Origin: an uncultured Syntrophomonadaceae bacterium
Lineage (GTDB): Bacteria > Bacillota > Dethiobacteria > DTU022
DNA length: 64,000 nucleotides
NCBI GenBank assembly: GCA_964467475.1
Contig: CAYXQO010000005.1
Span: 8,894-72,893, forward strand
Reading direction: 5' to 3'
Part shown: piece by piece, positions 63,644 through 64,000 of the stretch
Position numbering within the stretch: position 1 is the first letter of the stretch
How the letters are laid out: each line of letters begins with the position of its first letter
The notes under the pieces: model-generated
Told to the model about the DNA's origin: nothing
What the model saw: only the letters and a program-made list of their open reading frames with translations
The model's database searches: none
Program-made: the position numbers and the translations under genes

Positions 63644-64000
63644 TTAAACCTTCTTCTGGTAGATAAAAGCATCGCTGAAGCCCGCATCCCTTGCCTCGCT
63701 CAAGCGCTGCCTGGCATTTTCGATATATCTAAAGGCTCCCACCTGCACGCTGTAGAGGGAGTTGCCGGAAGGGACAGGGTCCCTTCCGGCCTCCTTTTCA
63801 CTTTTTTCACTGCCTCCCGGCGGCAGCCCCAAAGCCTTATAAATCCCTTCTGCCACCCCGCCGGCAAGGGTTTCTGTAAAAGCCTCATTTTCCCACAGCC
63901 CCGCTTCCCTGGCGTTGTCGATGAAAAGCGACTCGATCAAAACCGCCGGCTGAGGGTTGTGCCGCAAAACGTAAAAGGCAGCCTGTTTCCTGCCCCGGTC
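63644..64000 (-). CDS. N-acetylmuramoyl-L-alanine amidase (Amidase_3) with C-terminal SPOR domain; N-terminus lies beyond the window end
   Basis: The frame stays open to position 64000 (...DRGRKQAAFYVLRHNPQPAVLIESLFIDN is the amidase_3 C-terminal motif). SPOR-like YSVQVGAFRYIENARQRLSEARDAGFSDAFI. Confidence 0.7.
   Translation of the reverse strand, partial: DRGRKQAAFYVLRHNPQPAVLIESLFIDNAREAGLWENEAFTETLAGGVAEGIYKALGLPPGGSEKSEKEAGRDPVPSGNSLYSVQVGAFRYIENARQRLSEARDAGFSDAFIYQKKV

Overview
The window is a 64-kb stretch of a moderately GC-rich, spore-forming Firmicutes chromosome. The organism guess (Clostridia, Peptococcaceae-like) is low-confidence. It rests on whiA, yitT-like, rpoN-pgk-tpi-gpmI-eno, and secA-prfB synteny.

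The first ~31 kb is core housekeeping, all on the + strand: secA, prfB with its programmed +1 frameshift, ftsEX plus an M23 EnvC-like peptidase, an S41 Ctp protease, uvrB/uvrA/uvrC, rapZ-whiA, rpoN, a glycolytic block pgk-tpiA-gpmI-eno, secG, rnr, and smpB-ssrA (tmRNA).

From the tmRNA onward the region becomes mosaic and accessory:
- A REP-associated tyrosine transposase (RAYT, IS200-like Y1 HuH) sits between tmRNA and a tRNA-Ala, flanked by inversely oriented REP copies in a REPtron arrangement. The same REP superfamily, all sharing a GGGACGG core, is scattered as hairpins through the whole window.
- An exported MsrA carries an in-frame TGA in place of the catalytic Cys and a hairpin immediately downstream. 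This looks like a selenocysteine-MsrA.
- A vWA (TerY-like) + PP2C + Zn-ribbon + atypical Ser/Thr-kinase-FHA + giant double-propeller WD40 protein forms a signalling cluster.
- On the minus strand there is a phosphonate cluster: a cytidylyltransferase-PEP-mutase fusion, phosphonopyruvate decarboxylase, a LicC-like nucleotidyltransferase, an Fe-ADH, three tandem LicD-family transferases and an O-antigen-ligase/TPR membrane protein. This predicts a phosphonate (2-HEP/AEP-type) decoration of a cell-wall glycopolymer.

Other oddities:
- A 222-nt element closed by a perfect 26-bp inverted repeat, either a structured ncRNA or a MITE.
- A recurrent ~30-nt motif in the leaders of secA, prfB, yitT and uvrB.
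- REP-bounded gene ends with a duplicated 3' gene fragment.
- Long structured leaders.
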